DNA from: a virus
Taxonomy: Duplodnaviria > Caudoviricetes
IMG/VR virus record: IMGVR_UViG_3300022936_000009
Span: 2,148 to 66,147 of that record
Reading direction: 5' to 3' (one strand)
DNA length: 64,000 bases
Shown here: positions 53,454-63,208 of the stretch, piece by piece
Position numbering within the stretch: position 1 is the stretch's first letter
Layout of the letters: each line of letters opens with the position of its first letter
Translations under genes and position numbers: made by a program
Notes under the pieces: model-generated
The model's input: only the letters and a program-made list of their open reading frames with translations
Told to the model about the DNA's origin: nothing
Databases searched by the model: none

Positions 53454-53725
53454 TGTCGCTGGACCCCCGCAGTTTGAGCATGTCGCCTGATCACCCGGGC
53501 GTCATCGTCGACGTCGACGGGGCCACGCAAATCGAGTGCAACAACGTCGAGCTCTGCGAGGTCGTGCTTGCCGCGATCCAGATGCACGACGACCACCGCC
53601 GGTGTCGAGCCGCCCTCGAAAAGCTCGTGGCCGAGCTGCGCGGCAGCAACATCGGCCGCAACATGGGCCACGCCGGCAACGTCGCGTTGTCCGTCGCAGA
53701 GCGGGCGTTGCGACAGAAGGCATGA
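53453..53725 (+). CDS. Small hypothetical protein
   Basis: TGATG coupling. Confidence 0.5.
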   Translation: MSLDPRSLSMSPDHPGVIVDVDGATQIECNNVELCEVVLAAIQMHDDHRRCRAALEKLVAELRGSNIGRNMGHAGNVALSVAERALRQKA

Positions 53726-55146
53726 CCTCGCTCAACCACCTCATCGCCGCCGCGCTCGCCGCCGGCGGCCGAGAGAGCATCGACAAGATCATCGCCGAGG
53801 CCGGCCTCGACGACGCCGATTGCGAAAGCATCCTGCACGATTGGGTCAACGTGTGGGCGCGCCCGCTCACGACGAACGGCGACGGCACCTACGGCGGGCA
53901 GCTCCCCCCGCCCGGGCAGTGGGATACCTGGCTCGTCCTCGCCGGCCGCGGCTACGGCAAGACGCGCGTTGGCGCCGAGTGGTGCCGCAAGGAAGCGATG
54001 AGCCAAGAGCTGCGCTTTGCCTTCATCGCGCAGGACCCCGGCGACGCTCGAAAGGTCATGATCTACGGCGACAGCGGGATCATGGCCGTCTCGCCCGAGA
54101 AAGAGCGGCCGACCTACAACCCGTCTCTCAAGCTCCTCAACTGGCCCAACGGCTCGCAGGCCGAGGTCTTCTCGGCGTGGTCGCCCGATGACCTGCGCGG
54201 CCCGCAGTTCCATCGATATTGGGGCGATGAGCTCGCGTCGTGGAAGCATGGGCAGGCGACGTGGGACATGCTGCAATTCGGCCTGCGTTTGGTGGCCGCC
54301 GACGGCAGCCAACCGCATGGGGTCGTGACGACGACACCGCGCCCATTGCGTCTGCTCAAAGAGATCATGAAAGATCCGGGAACGGTTATCACGACCGGAT
54401 CGACGTACGAAAACATTGCGAACCTGGCAGCAGGCTTCATCCGTCGCGTCATTCGTAAGTACGAAAAAACCGCGCTCGGTGCGCAAGAATTGTATGCGCG
54501 CATCCTCGACGAGGCCTCTGGCGCGTTGTGGGACCGCAAGACACTCGAAGAGCACCGCAAAAACTACAATTTCAAGCCGAAAAACGGCTACATGCGCATC
54601 GTCGTCGCCGTCGACCCGATGGCGCGCGCGAGCGAAAACGCACGGCGCCGCGTGGCCCCGCCGGAAACCGGCATCATCGTTTTTGGCGTCGACGAAGACG
54701 GTCACGGCTTCGTGCTCGACGACGTCTCGATCGAGAATGCGAAGCCGTCGGAGTGGGCGCCGCGCGCGATCGACGCCTACCATCGATGGGAAGCCGACTG
54801 CATCATCGCCGAGGTCAACAACGGCGGCGACATGGTCGAGGACGTCATCATCGGGCGCGACAAGACCGTGCCGGTGCGGATGGTCACGGCGTCGCGCGGG
54901 AAGAAGACCCGCGCCGAGCCGGTGTCGTCGCTCTACAGCCAAGGCCAGATCCACCACGTCGGCATGTTCGCTGCCCTTGAGGATCAGCTCTGCACGTGGA
55001 CCGGCGCCGACGGCGAGCCTTCGCCCGACCGGCTCGACGCCCTTGTGTGGGCCGCAACAGAGACGATGATCGGCAACGACGATGGCGGGACTGCGGACGT
55101 CGACCCTGATATCGGTCTGTCTGAAAACGCGTGGAGGTCCGAGTGA
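53722..55146 (+). CDS. terL: Terminase large subunit
   Basis: Walker A 'AGRGYGKT', 'LRGPQF...WGDE', nuclease 'VAVDP', 'AEVNNGGD', 'SPDRLDALVWA'. Confidence 0.96.
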   Translation: MTSLNHLIAAALAAGGRESIDKIIAEAGLDDADCESILHDWVNVWARPLTTNGDGTYGGQLPPPGQWDTWLVLAGRGYGKTRVGAEWCRKEAMSQELRFAFIAQDPGDARKVMIYGDSGIMAVSPEKERPTYNPSLKLLNWPNGSQAEVFSAWSPDDLRGPQFHRYWGDELASWKHGQATWDMLQFGLRLVAADGSQPHGVVTTTPRPLRLLKEIMKDPGTVITTGSTYENIANLAAGFIRRVIRKYEKTALGAQELYARILDEASGALWDRKTLEEHRKNYNFKPKNGYMRIVVAVDPMARASENARRRVAPPETGIIVFGVDEDGHGFVLDDVSIENAKPSEWAPRAIDAYHRWEADCIIAEVNNGGDMVEDVIIGRDKTVPVRMVTASRGKKTRAEPVSSLYSQGQIHHVGMFAALEDQLCTWTGADGEPSPDRLDALVWAATETMIGNDDGGTADVDPDIGLSENAWRSE

Positions 55147-56834
55147 GCGAGACGAACAACACCGACGACGGCGCCGACGACGTCGAGAAGCTCGCGGGCG
55201 ACGACGGCGACGCGCGCGGCCCCGAGTTCGTCACGCGCAACAGCTTCAAGCGCAGCGAGGTCGGCAGCACCGGCCTCATCCGCTACGGCGACGCCGTCGA
55301 CGAGGAATGGCACCGCGCCCTCAAGGGCCGCAGCGGTGTCCGCGTGCTGCGCGAGATGCGCGACAACGACAGCACCATCGGGTCGTCGTTCTACGCCATG
55401 AACGCCACGATGCGGCAGGTGCCCTGGACGGCGCAGCCGGCGAACCATCCGCGCGGCGCGGAGGCCGCCGAGTTCCTCACGTCGTGCTTTCGGGACATGA
55501 CCCACACCTACAGCGAGCTTCTCACCGAGGCCCTGTCTCATGTGTGGTTCGGGTGGGCGCTCTTCGAGAAGGTCTACAAGCTGCGCGTCGGCGCGACCGG
55601 CGACGCGCGCACGTCGAGCCGGTACAACGACGGCCGCATCGGGATCCGCAACATCGCGATCCGTGCGCAGGAGACGCTCGACGGGTGGGAGTTTGACGAG
55701 GACGGCTCGATCCTCGGCATGTACCAGCTTGCGGCGCCGAAGTTCGAGCGCGTCTTTCTGGACATGGAAGACTGCATCCTCTTCCGCACCGAGCTCTCGA
55801 AGAACAACCCCGAGGGGCGCACCATCTTGCGCAACGCCTATCGGCCGTGGTTCTTCCTCAAGCGCCTCGAAGAAATCGAGGCCATCGGCATTGAGCGCGA
55901 CCTCGTCGGCCTCCCCGTGATGGAGCTGCCGATCTCCTACTTTGGCGCCAAGGCCCCGCAGGACAAGATCGAAGCGCGGCGCAACTACGGCCGCCTCATC
56001 TCGCAGATCCGGCGCAACGACCAAGAGGGCGTCGTGATCCCCGCCGAGCTCAACACCGACGGCAAGCCCTCGGGCTACAAGCTGTCGTTGCTGTCGACGG
56101 GCGGCACGCGCGCCATCAACATCGAGGCCGCGATCCAGCGGAAGGCGAAGGCGATCGGGCAGGTCATGCTCACGCACTTCATTTTCATCGGCATGGACGG
56201 CGTCGGGACGCAGGCCGCCGCCGGCAGCTTTATCGACGTCTTCAACACCGCCCTCGGCTCGATCCTCGACAGCATCGAGGAGACGCTCGATCGCTCGCTG
56301 ACGGCCGAGCTGATGACCCTCAACGGCTACCCCGTCGAGTCGTGGCCGCGGTGGAAGCACGGCGACATCCAGAAAGCCGACGCGCGCTCGCTCGCCGAGA
56401 CGATCCTCAAGCTCGTGCAGGCGAACACGCTCACGCCCGACAGCCCGCTTGAAGACTTCCTGCGCTCCGAGCTGCGCCTGCCCGAGCGCAACGACGAGGA
56501 CCTGCCGCGCTCCAAGGAAGAGCTCGACGCGATGACCGGCGAGGCCGAGGCGCGTGGCATGGAGACCGCGCAGATGGCGGCGGAGTCGTCGGCCGCGGCG
56601 AGCCTGGTCGACCTCACGAGCGCCATGGCTGCGCTACTCGAGATCGGCGACAAAGAGCTGCTGCAGGCCACGCGCCTGCAGTACGCCGCGCAGCTCGGCG
56701 TCAAACCACCGGCCGAGCTCGCGCCCGAGCTGTTGGAGAAGCCGGACCCCGTGCCCGTCGTGGTCCCCGGGCAGCCCGCGCCCGCCCCTGGCGCGAAGCC
56801 GGCGCCGCCGAAGCCGCCGGCGAAACCGGCGTGA
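55143..56834 (+). CDS. Portal protein (DUF935-like)
   Basis: Follows TerL; 'E.G.TGL...EEW...L.G', 'NPEG..ILRNAYRPW..LK..EE.E.IG.ERD..G.P'. Confidence 0.9.
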   Translation: MSETNNTDDGADDVEKLAGDDGDARGPEFVTRNSFKRSEVGSTGLIRYGDAVDEEWHRALKGRSGVRVLREMRDNDSTIGSSFYAMNATMRQVPWTAQPANHPRGAEAAEFLTSCFRDMTHTYSELLTEALSHVWFGWALFEKVYKLRVGATGDARTSSRYNDGRIGIRNIAIRAQETLDGWEFDEDGSILGMYQLAAPKFERVFLDMEDCILFRTELSKNNPEGRTILRNAYRPWFFLKRLEEIEAIGIERDLVGLPVMELPISYFGAKAPQDKIEARRNYGRLISQIRRNDQEGVVIPAELNTDGKPSGYKLSLLSTGGTRAINIEAAIQRKAKAIGQVMLTHFIFIGMDGVGTQAAAGSFIDVFNTALGSILDSIEETLDRSLTAELMTLNGYPVESWPRWKHGDIQKADARSLAETILKLVQANTLTPDSPLEDFLRSELRLPERNDEDLPRSKEELDAMTGEAEARGMETAQMAAESSAAASLVDLTSAMAALLEIGDKELLQATRLQYAAQLGVKPPAELAPELLEKPDPVPVVVPGQPAPAPGAKPAPPKPPAKPA

Positions 56835-57676
56835 TGGTCCTCAAGCGCGCGACGGCGACGCCCGAGACGCAGCTCATTGCTGCGTTCCTCGGTCGTGTTG
56901 GCGTGCTCCGCGCCCTCGTCGACGGCGTCGGTGCCCGTTCCCTCAAAGAGCCGACGCTGCCGGTGATGGCTTTCGACGACATGCCCGTCGAGGCCGCCCT
57001 CGACCCGTTCGTCGACGGCTTCGTTGACGCGCTCGCGCCCGGCATCGACGACGCCATCGCCGCCGCCCGCGCCGAGGGGCAGGCGTTCGCCGTCGGCAAG
57101 GACAAGATCGCCGACATGGCTGGCGACTTCGCCCGCGTGCAGGGCTCGACGCTCGTGCGGCAGGTGACGCGCGACGTTCGCGAAGCGATCCGCGAGGTCG
57201 TCGGCTTCGGCATCCAGGGCAACAAGAGCATCCTGCAGATGGCGAAAGAGCTGCGCGAGGTCGTGGGCCTCACGAAGCGGGACCGCGCCGCTGTCCGGGC
57301 GTTTCGCGCGCGCCTGCGGGCATCGGGCGTGAGCGTTGCCGAGGCCGACCGCCAGGCGGGACGGTACGCGCAGACGAAGATCGCCGCGCGAGCTCGGCTC
57401 ATCGCTCAAACCGAGGCGCGGCGGGCGTTCAACGTCGCGCGCATGGCCGAGTGGGGTGACGGGATCGCCACGGGCCGCATCCGCACCGACGTGCACCGGA
57501 AGTGGATCGGCCGCGACCCCTGCCCGATCTGCCGTTTCCTCGCGGCGCAACCCGCGATGCCGTTCGGAGTGCCGTGGCAGACGGAGTGGGGCGAGTTCAT
57601 GCAGCCGCCAATCCACCCCGGCTGCAAATGCTCGATCGTGCTCGTGCCGCCGCCCGGACGCAGTCGCCGACGATGA
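56831..57676 (+). CDS. Minor head morphogenesis protein (MuF/gp7-like)
   Basis: 'ARARLIAQTE..RA.N', 'RKW...CP.C...PPIHPGCKC'. Confidence 0.85.
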   Translation: MMVLKRATATPETQLIAAFLGRVGVLRALVDGVGARSLKEPTLPVMAFDDMPVEAALDPFVDGFVDALAPGIDDAIAAARAEGQAFAVGKDKIADMAGDFARVQGSTLVRQVTRDVREAIREVVGFGIQGNKSILQMAKELREVVGLTKRDRAAVRAFRARLRASGVSVAEADRQAGRYAQTKIAARARLIAQTEARRAFNVARMAEWGDGIATGRIRTDVHRKWIGRDPCPICRFLAAQPAMPFGVPWQTEWGEFMQPPIHPGCKCSIVLVPPPGRSRRR

Positions 57677-57704
57677 AAAGGAAACGCCCACCGTGAGGTG
57701 GGCG
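57676..57704 (-). terminator. Terminator for the antisense tRNA operon
   Basis: CGCCCACC/GGTGGGCG stem followed by TTTCCTTTT on the minus strand. Confidence 0.65.
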
Positions 57705-57747
57705 CTGCCTTGCCGGTATCCTCTGCAGAGGCCAAGGCGGGCGGCCT

Positions 57748-57822
57748 TGGCTGCGTCGGCAGGCATCGAACCTGCGACCGTTCGCTTAACAAGCGATTGC
57801 TCTGCCGCTGAGCTACGACGCA
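57748..57822 (-). tRNA. tRNA-Asn(GTT), CCA encoded
   Basis: Acceptor stem TGCGTCG/CGACGCA; D-arm GCTC/GAGC; anticodon loop TTGTTAA; T-arm GCAGG-TTCGATG-CCTGC; discriminator G; 3' CCA. Confidence 0.93.
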
Positions 57823-57834
57823 CCGACGACGACG

Positions 57835-58215
57835 CTACGGCGCGGCTGCACCCTTCGCAACCCCGAGCGTCCACCCCGCGAGCAGGAAGGCGCCGACGAC
57901 GACGGCGGCGCCGCCGACGAGGCCGAGGCCGAGGCCGACGTTGAAGCCGGCACCCTCGAAGGGCGACGACGGCGCCGCGACCGGTTCGGCGGTCTGCTGC
58001 AGGGCAATCGCCATCGCCTTCCACGCCTCGCGCACTTCGACGTCGCGCGCCAGGTGCGCCGCGCAGGCCTGCGCCTCGGCCTCTGTGACCGCGAGGTCGC
58101 CCGCGCGCTCGTTGCTCAACAGGACGCCGGTGAAGGGCGCCGCCTCACCTTCGGCGATCGGCTCGGCGTCCGATGCAGCGAAGGCGAGGGCGAAGACGAC
58201 GACGGCGCCGATCAC
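57835..58215 (-). CDS. Signal peptide plus C-terminal TM protein (possibly spanin-like)
   Basis: N-terminal hydrophobic signal, 'GEAAPFTGVLL', helical middle, C-terminal TM. Confidence 0.55.
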   Translation of the reverse strand: MIGAVVVFALAFAASDAEPIAEGEAAPFTGVLLSNERAGDLAVTEAEAQACAAHLARDVEVREAWKAMAIALQQTAEPVAAPSSPFEGAGFNVGLGLGLVGGAAVVVGAFLLAGWTLGVAKGAAAP

Positions 58216-58925
58216 TTCGCAGCCTTGGGGGGCGAGCGGAGCAGCGCGGCGAGGGCCTCGGCCGCCTTGTGCGTCGGCAGGTTCTTCGCCGCGTTGACAG
58301 CAGCGCGAACCGGCGCGGTTTCCTCGTCGGCGAGCTTCGCGTTGAGCACGACCTTGTCAGCGAGGGCCTTGTTGCCTGCCTCGATCGTCTCGGTGGTGAC
58401 GCGCTTCTTCGACCGCTCGACGGGGCTGACGAGCCGGCCCGCGTCGTAGCCGCCGCCAGCGGTGAAGCCGGCGAGCACGCCCGAGATGAAGGCGCTGACG
58501 AGGCCGCCGACGTCGCGAACGCCCGCCGTCAACACGGTCACGACGGCCCCCAAGCCGCCGAGCAGCGCCGCGAGCCACGGCCGCGCCCATGACCACCCCC
58601 GGACTTCGAGGAACGTGTAGAGGGCGCCGAGCTTCGACAGGCGCATGAGCAGGGCGATGATCGCCGCGGCGAGCGAGAGCGCCGTGGCGGCGCGCCAATT
58701 CGAGATGATGCCGACGACGTCTTTGAAGGCGTCGCCGATGATCACGGTATCGCCGGGCTGCAGCTCGGCCCGCTTGACGATGACGCCCTCATCGACGACG
58801 ACGGTGGGACCGGGCGGCGCGGCTTCGACGACACCGCCGTCGACGACGACGCTGACGGGGTCGGCAACGACGACGTCGGCCGGGGTCTGCGCTGCGAGCA
58901 GCGCCAAGAGCAAAAGACTTTTCAT
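58212..58925 (-). CDS. Multi-TM membrane protein (possibly holin-like)
   Basis: Signal peptide, three TM segments, basic C-terminus; GGAGG RBS. Confidence 0.55.
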   Translation of the reverse strand: MKSLLLLALLAAQTPADVVVADPVSVVVDGGVVEAAPPGPTVVVDEGVIVKRAELQPGDTVIIGDAFKDVVGIISNWRAATALSLAAAIIALLMRLSKLGALYTFLEVRGWSWARPWLAALLGGLGAVVTVLTAGVRDVGGLVSAFISGVLAGFTAGGGYDAGRLVSPVERSKKRVTTETIEAGNKALADKVVLNAKLADEETAPVRAAVNAAKNLPTHKAAEALAALLRSPPKAAK

Positions 58926-59047
58926 GCGTGAACCTCCTGCGCCACGGTATCGCCTTCGGCTGCGGTGGCGAATGGTTGTTGTCTGACGTTTGGCGTGCAT
59001 TCGTTGAACGCTTGCAAGGCCCGCCGGGTGTGTGCTCTACGGCAGGG

Positions 59048-59458
59048 GTGCCAGCCCCCACCGCGTTCCGAAAAGACGTTGAGATCGTCACCAAGAACGA
59101 CGAGCAGCGCCTTGTCTTCGGTTGGCTGTATGTCGCGCGAAAAGCGAACGGCGAGCAGGTCGTTGACCACAGCGGCGAGACGATCTCGATCGAGGACCTC
59201 GAAAAAGCGGGCTACGGCTTCGTCCTCGCCTCGCGCAAAGCCGGCGAGATGCACGAAAAGATCGGCGTTGGTCGCCTGGTCGAGTGCGTCGTTTTCACCG
59301 CCGAGAAGCGGAAGGCGATGGGCATCCCTGACGGCGTCGTGCCGGATGCGATGTGGGTCGGCTTCAAGGTCGACGACGACGACGCATGGAAGGCCGTGAA
59401 AAACGGCACGTACAAGATGCTTTCGCTCGGCGGCAGCGCCGTGCGCAACACGCTCTGA
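59048..59458 (+). CDS. XkdF-like prohead serine protease
   Basis: 'EQRLVFGW.Y...VDH.GE.I..EDLEKA.Y.F...GEMH...G.LVE...W.GFKV.DD..W..VK.G.Y..LSLGG'. Confidence 0.85.
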   Translation: MPAPTAFRKDVEIVTKNDEQRLVFGWLYVARKANGEQVVDHSGETISIEDLEKAGYGFVLASRKAGEMHEKIGVGRLVECVVFTAEKRKAMGIPDGVVPDAMWVGFKVDDDDAWKAVKNGTYKMLSLGGSAVRNTL

Positions 59459-59468
59459 CAGGAGACCC

Positions 59469-60707
59469 ATGCCCGCCCCCGCCCCTCGAAAAGCAAAGGT
59501 CAGGCTCACCAACCTCACGATCAATGAGGGCAGCTTTGTCGGCGCCGGGGACAACCCCGAGGCCCATATCACCCTCTTCAAGAACAAAGGCGACGACGTG
59601 CCCGAAAACAACGACGACGACGGCACCGCGCCCGAGGGCCTGTTTTCCAAGATCGCGGCTCGCCTGCGGAAGTGGGCAGGCTCGCCGAAGACGACGAGCC
59701 AGATCGTCGCCGAGCGCGCTTTTGCCGACGAATTCTACAAGCTGCGCTCTGCGTTCATGGAATCGGTGTGGTCGATCCTCGACCTCTCCGACCCCGACGA
59801 GATGGCCGGCATGATGGGCAAGACCGTCAACGAATTCGCCGCCGCCGCCAAGCGCATGATCGCCGCCGTCGGGAAGGTCGACGCCGTGAAGGCCGCCGAC
59901 CTGCAGGCGATCGTCGACCAGATGACGACCGCCGTCGCCGTCGACGCCGAGAAATCCGACACCCCTTCGGCGCAGTCGATCGACCGCGCCGCCCTCGCCG
60001 ACATCGTCGTCAAGCTCGAAGCCTTCGAGTTCCCCGCCGGCGTCGCAGCCCCGACCGACACCCCCACACAGGAGCCGCCCGTGAAGAAGTCTGCCGCCGA
60101 GATCCTCGCTGCCATGCCCGCCGACGAGCGCGCCGCCGTTGAGGCCCACGTCAAGGCCGCCGCCGCGACGCCGACGCCCGCCGAGAAGAGCACCCCCGCC
60201 GACGTCGTCCCCGCCAGCGTGCAGAAGGCGATCGACGAGCTCACCAAGACCTCGGCCGACCTCGCCAAGCGCCTCGAAGCCTCCGAGGCCGAGACGAAGA
60301 AGCTCAAGGACGAAGCCGAAACCGCGCAGTACGTCGAGAAGGCGCGCAAGTTCCCCGGCCTCGACGTCAACAAGGTCGCGAAGCAGCTCAAGGGCGCCTA
60401 CGCCGTGAGCAAAGAGCAGGGCGAAGAGCTCGAAAGCCTTTTCGCCGCGCAGGCCGCGCAGGCGAAGAAAGGTCAGAAGCGTCTGACCAATTCGGTCGGC
60501 AGCTCCGCCCCCGGCGAGGTCGACACCAACAAGGCCGCCGCCGCCGAAACCGCGATGGCGAAGCGCATCGGCGAGATCCGCGCCGCCGAGCCGAAGCTCT
60601 CGAAAGAGCAGGCCTACGCCAAGGCCCTCGAAGAAAACCCCGACCTCTACAACAACATGGATGTCGGCGAGCTCGACGACGCCCTTGACGACGGCGTCGA
60701 CGGCTGA
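59469..60707 (+). CDS. Capsid scaffold-like protein
   Basis: N-terminal 'LTNLTINEGSFV..GDNPEAHITLFK'; Ala/Lys/Glu coiled coil; lies between protease and capsid genes. Confidence 0.7.
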   Translation: MPAPAPRKAKVRLTNLTINEGSFVGAGDNPEAHITLFKNKGDDVPENNDDDGTAPEGLFSKIAARLRKWAGSPKTTSQIVAERAFADEFYKLRSAFMESVWSILDLSDPDEMAGMMGKTVNEFAAAAKRMIAAVGKVDAVKAADLQAIVDQMTTAVAVDAEKSDTPSAQSIDRAALADIVVKLEAFEFPAGVAAPTDTPTQEPPVKKSAAEILAAMPADERAAVEAHVKAAAATPTPAEKSTPADVVPASVQKAIDELTKTSADLAKRLEASEAETKKLKDEAETAQYVEKARKFPGLDVNKVAKQLKGAYAVSKEQGEELESLFAAQAAQAKKGQKRLTNSVGSSAPGEVDTNKAAAAETAMAKRIGEIRAAEPKLSKEQAYAKALEENPDLYNNMDVGELDDALDDGVDG

Positions 60708-60773
60708 TCCAGCGGCGGCGAAGGGCACGACCTCGTCCACCTCAACGTCAACGTCTCACCTCGGAGTCTCGCA

Positions 60774-61529
60774 ATGCCCTCCCCGCCGAACACCGCCTAT
60801 GAGAACCACGTCCAGGTCCTGCCGTTCCCGGCGGGCCAGGACTTCACGGCTCTCGGCTTCAACTTCCCGATCGTCACGCTCAACGCCCTCGGGCAGGCGA
60901 TCGTCGCGCAGCCGGGCGCGCGCGCCGTGGGCATCGCGCTCAACAACCCGCCCGCCGTCGGCACCGTCGACGTCGGCACCTACGGCGTCGGCCGCGCCAC
61001 CGCGTCGGAAGCGATCGGCGTCGGCGACCTCATCGCCGTCGGCACCGGTGGCCGTGCTCGCAAGGCCGTCGACGACGACAACGTCATCGGCATGGCGCTC
61101 TCGGCAGCGGCCGGCAGCGGCATCATCTTCGCCTGCCTGATCCTCAACCAGCTCGACGGCCAGAACGGCGGCGGCACCACCGGCCTCGTCGCGGGCGTCG
61201 ACCTCTCTGCGCAGGCGGGCCGCGCGGCGAAGTTCGACGGCGCCGGCGCCGTCATCCCGGCCTCGGTCGCGGGTGAAAACTGCATCGGCTTCATCAACGC
61301 CGGTGTCGCCAACGCGCAGCCCGTCACCGTGCAGCAGTACGGCACGCTGACGAACGCCGTCGCGGGTGTCGCGATCACGCGTGGCACGAAGCTGTCCACC
61401 GACAACCAGGGCCGCGTGATCGTCGCCGCCACCGGCAACCACGTCCTCGGCATCGCCATGGCGTCGCAGGCCGTCGTCGGCAGCCCCGTCAAGATCCTCG
61501 TCACGCTCGGCGGCGCCCCGCTTCCGTGA
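60774..61529 (+). CDS. Capsid cement/decoration protein with two DUF2190-like domains
   Basis: Two repeats of 'AG.D.....V......A..G....GI......G..V.V..YG....A..AI..G..L.....GR......V.G.A...A'. Confidence 0.75.
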   Translation: MPSPPNTAYENHVQVLPFPAGQDFTALGFNFPIVTLNALGQAIVAQPGARAVGIALNNPPAVGTVDVGTYGVGRATASEAIGVGDLIAVGTGGRARKAVDDDNVIGMALSAAAGSGIIFACLILNQLDGQNGGGTTGLVAGVDLSAQAGRAAKFDGAGAVIPASVAGENCIGFINAGVANAQPVTVQQYGTLTNAVAGVAITRGTKLSTDNQGRVIVAATGNHVLGIAMASQAVVGSPVKILVTLGGAPLP

Positions 61530-61622
61530 TCGTGAGCTCGACGACGGCGGCGTCGCTGTCGTCGTCGGGCTTTCCCTTCGCCCACCTCTTCAACCTGTCA
61601 GCACAGCAACGGAGCCGCACAC

Positions 61623-62639
61623 ATGCCCAGCCTCCCGTCCAACGGCGACGTCCACGTCAACAAGCCGCTCACCAACATCGCGATTGCGTACATGCAGTCC
61701 GATTCGAATTTCATCGCGATGCGCGTGTTTCCGATGGTTCCCGTCGAGAAGCAGAGCGACGTCTACTACGAATGGGATCGTGGTGACTTCCACCGCGACG
61801 AGGCGCAGGAGGTCGGCCCGTCCGGTGAGGCCCCGATCGGCGCGCTCCGCCTCGGCACCAACAGCTACTACTGCAAGGTGCACAAGTTCGCGCACCTCGT
61901 CAGCGATCAGGAGCGGGCCAACGCCGACAGCATCCTTTCGCTCGACCGCACGAAGACCGAAGACGTGATGCGCAAGCTGCTCATCCGTCAGGAAAAGAAG
62001 TGGGCCGCGTCCTACTTCCGCACCGGTGTGTGGACCGGCGCGCTCGGCATCGGCGGCGGTGCCAACGGCGCCGACCTCGTCGGTGGCACGACCGCGGGCG
62101 CCAACCAGTTCGTCTATTGGGACGACTACATCAACAGCGACCCGGTCAAGCTGATCCACCAGCAGATGTTCCACCTCGGCAAGCTCGGCATCGACAAGCG
62201 CAAGCTCAAGCTCGTCATCGGGCCCATGGCGTACCTGGCGCTCCTCGATCACCCCAAGTTCATCGAGCGCTACGAGCAGGTGCAGGCCTCGATCCTCAAC
62301 GAGGAGCTCATGGCCGGCGTCCTCGGCATCGCCGAGGTGTTGGTGCCTGCCGCCGTCGAGACGACCTCGCAGGAGGGCGCCCCGGCGACGATGGACTACA
62401 TCCACAGCAAGAGCGCGCTGCTCGTGTACGCCGCGCCCGCGCCTGGCATCAACGTGGTGTCGGCGGGCTACGCCTTCACGTGGACCGGCCTCACCGGCTC
62501 GCAGAACCACGGGATCCAGATCAAGAAGTTCCGCCGCGACCTGCGCGACAGCGACCAGATCCAGGGCCAGACGGCTTTTGATTTCAAGCTCGTCGCTCCC
62601 GTCCTCGGCGTGTTCTTCTCGAACGCCACCGCGCCCTGA
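61623..62639 (+). CDS. Major capsid protein (HK97 fold)
   Basis: 338 aa; 'LTNIAIAYMQ..FIA.RVFP.VPVEKQSD.YY'; expected position in the head module. Confidence 0.9.
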   Translation: MPSLPSNGDVHVNKPLTNIAIAYMQSDSNFIAMRVFPMVPVEKQSDVYYEWDRGDFHRDEAQEVGPSGEAPIGALRLGTNSYYCKVHKFAHLVSDQERANADSILSLDRTKTEDVMRKLLIRQEKKWAASYFRTGVWTGALGIGGGANGADLVGGTTAGANQFVYWDDYINSDPVKLIHQQMFHLGKLGIDKRKLKLVIGPMAYLALLDHPKFIERYEQVQASILNEELMAGVLGIAEVLVPAAVETTSQEGAPATMDYIHSKSALLVYAAPAPGINVVSAGYAFTWTGLTGSQNHGIQIKKFRRDLRDSDQIQGQTAFDFKLVAPVLGVFFSNATAP

Positions 62640-62671
62640 TCCGTCAACGAGCACGACCTCGGAGATACACC

Positions 62672-63208
62672 TTGAAGGCCCGTCAGATTCTCAACTACCG
62701 CCGTCTCATCGCGCTCCTCCCCAAGGTGCTCGAAGGCGCGCGCGTCGTCGTTGTCCGCCCGTTCCCCGGCATGCCCGAGGGCGTGGCGATCGGCGACGAC
62801 GTCACCGAGGCCGTGACGGGCCTTCCCACTTTTCAAAGCATGCTGAAACGCGGCTACCTCCGCGTGAAGGTCGACCCCGCCGTCAAGGCGACCATCGCGC
62901 CGTTGCGCGCGGTGACGTCGGCGCCGTCGTCGAAGACCGCGGCGCCGTCGGACCGGCTCGGCTCGCTGCGCGCGCTCACCGCCACCGCCAGCAAGAAAGA
63001 GCTGCGCGCGGTGCTCGAAGACCTCGGCCACACGCCCGCCCTCGACGCGAGTCGTGAGGACATGTTCAAGGCGCGCACTCGCCTGCTCGCCGCCGCTGTC
63101 GGTGCGTCTGCCATCGCCGCCGATAACCCCGCGCCAGACGTCACCACGTCCACGGAGGCCGCCGACATCGACATCGTCGACCGCGACGCCGACGACGAGG
63201 CCGCATGA
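62672..63208 (+). CDS. Hypothetical head-associated protein
   Basis: TTG start with GGAGA RBS; follows the MCP. Confidence 0.6.
   Translation: MKARQILNYRRLIALLPKVLEGARVVVVRPFPGMPEGVAIGDDVTEAVTGLPTFQSMLKRGYLRVKVDPAVKATIAPLRAVTSAPSSKTAAPSDRLGSLRALTATASKKELRAVLEDLGHTPALDASREDMFKARTRLLAAAVGASAIAADNPAPDVTTSTEAADIDIVDRDADDEAA

Noticed and set aside
57748-57822. tRNA as an attP/attB integration site
   Set aside because: Complete tRNA with no duplicated 3' fragment and no integrase in the window
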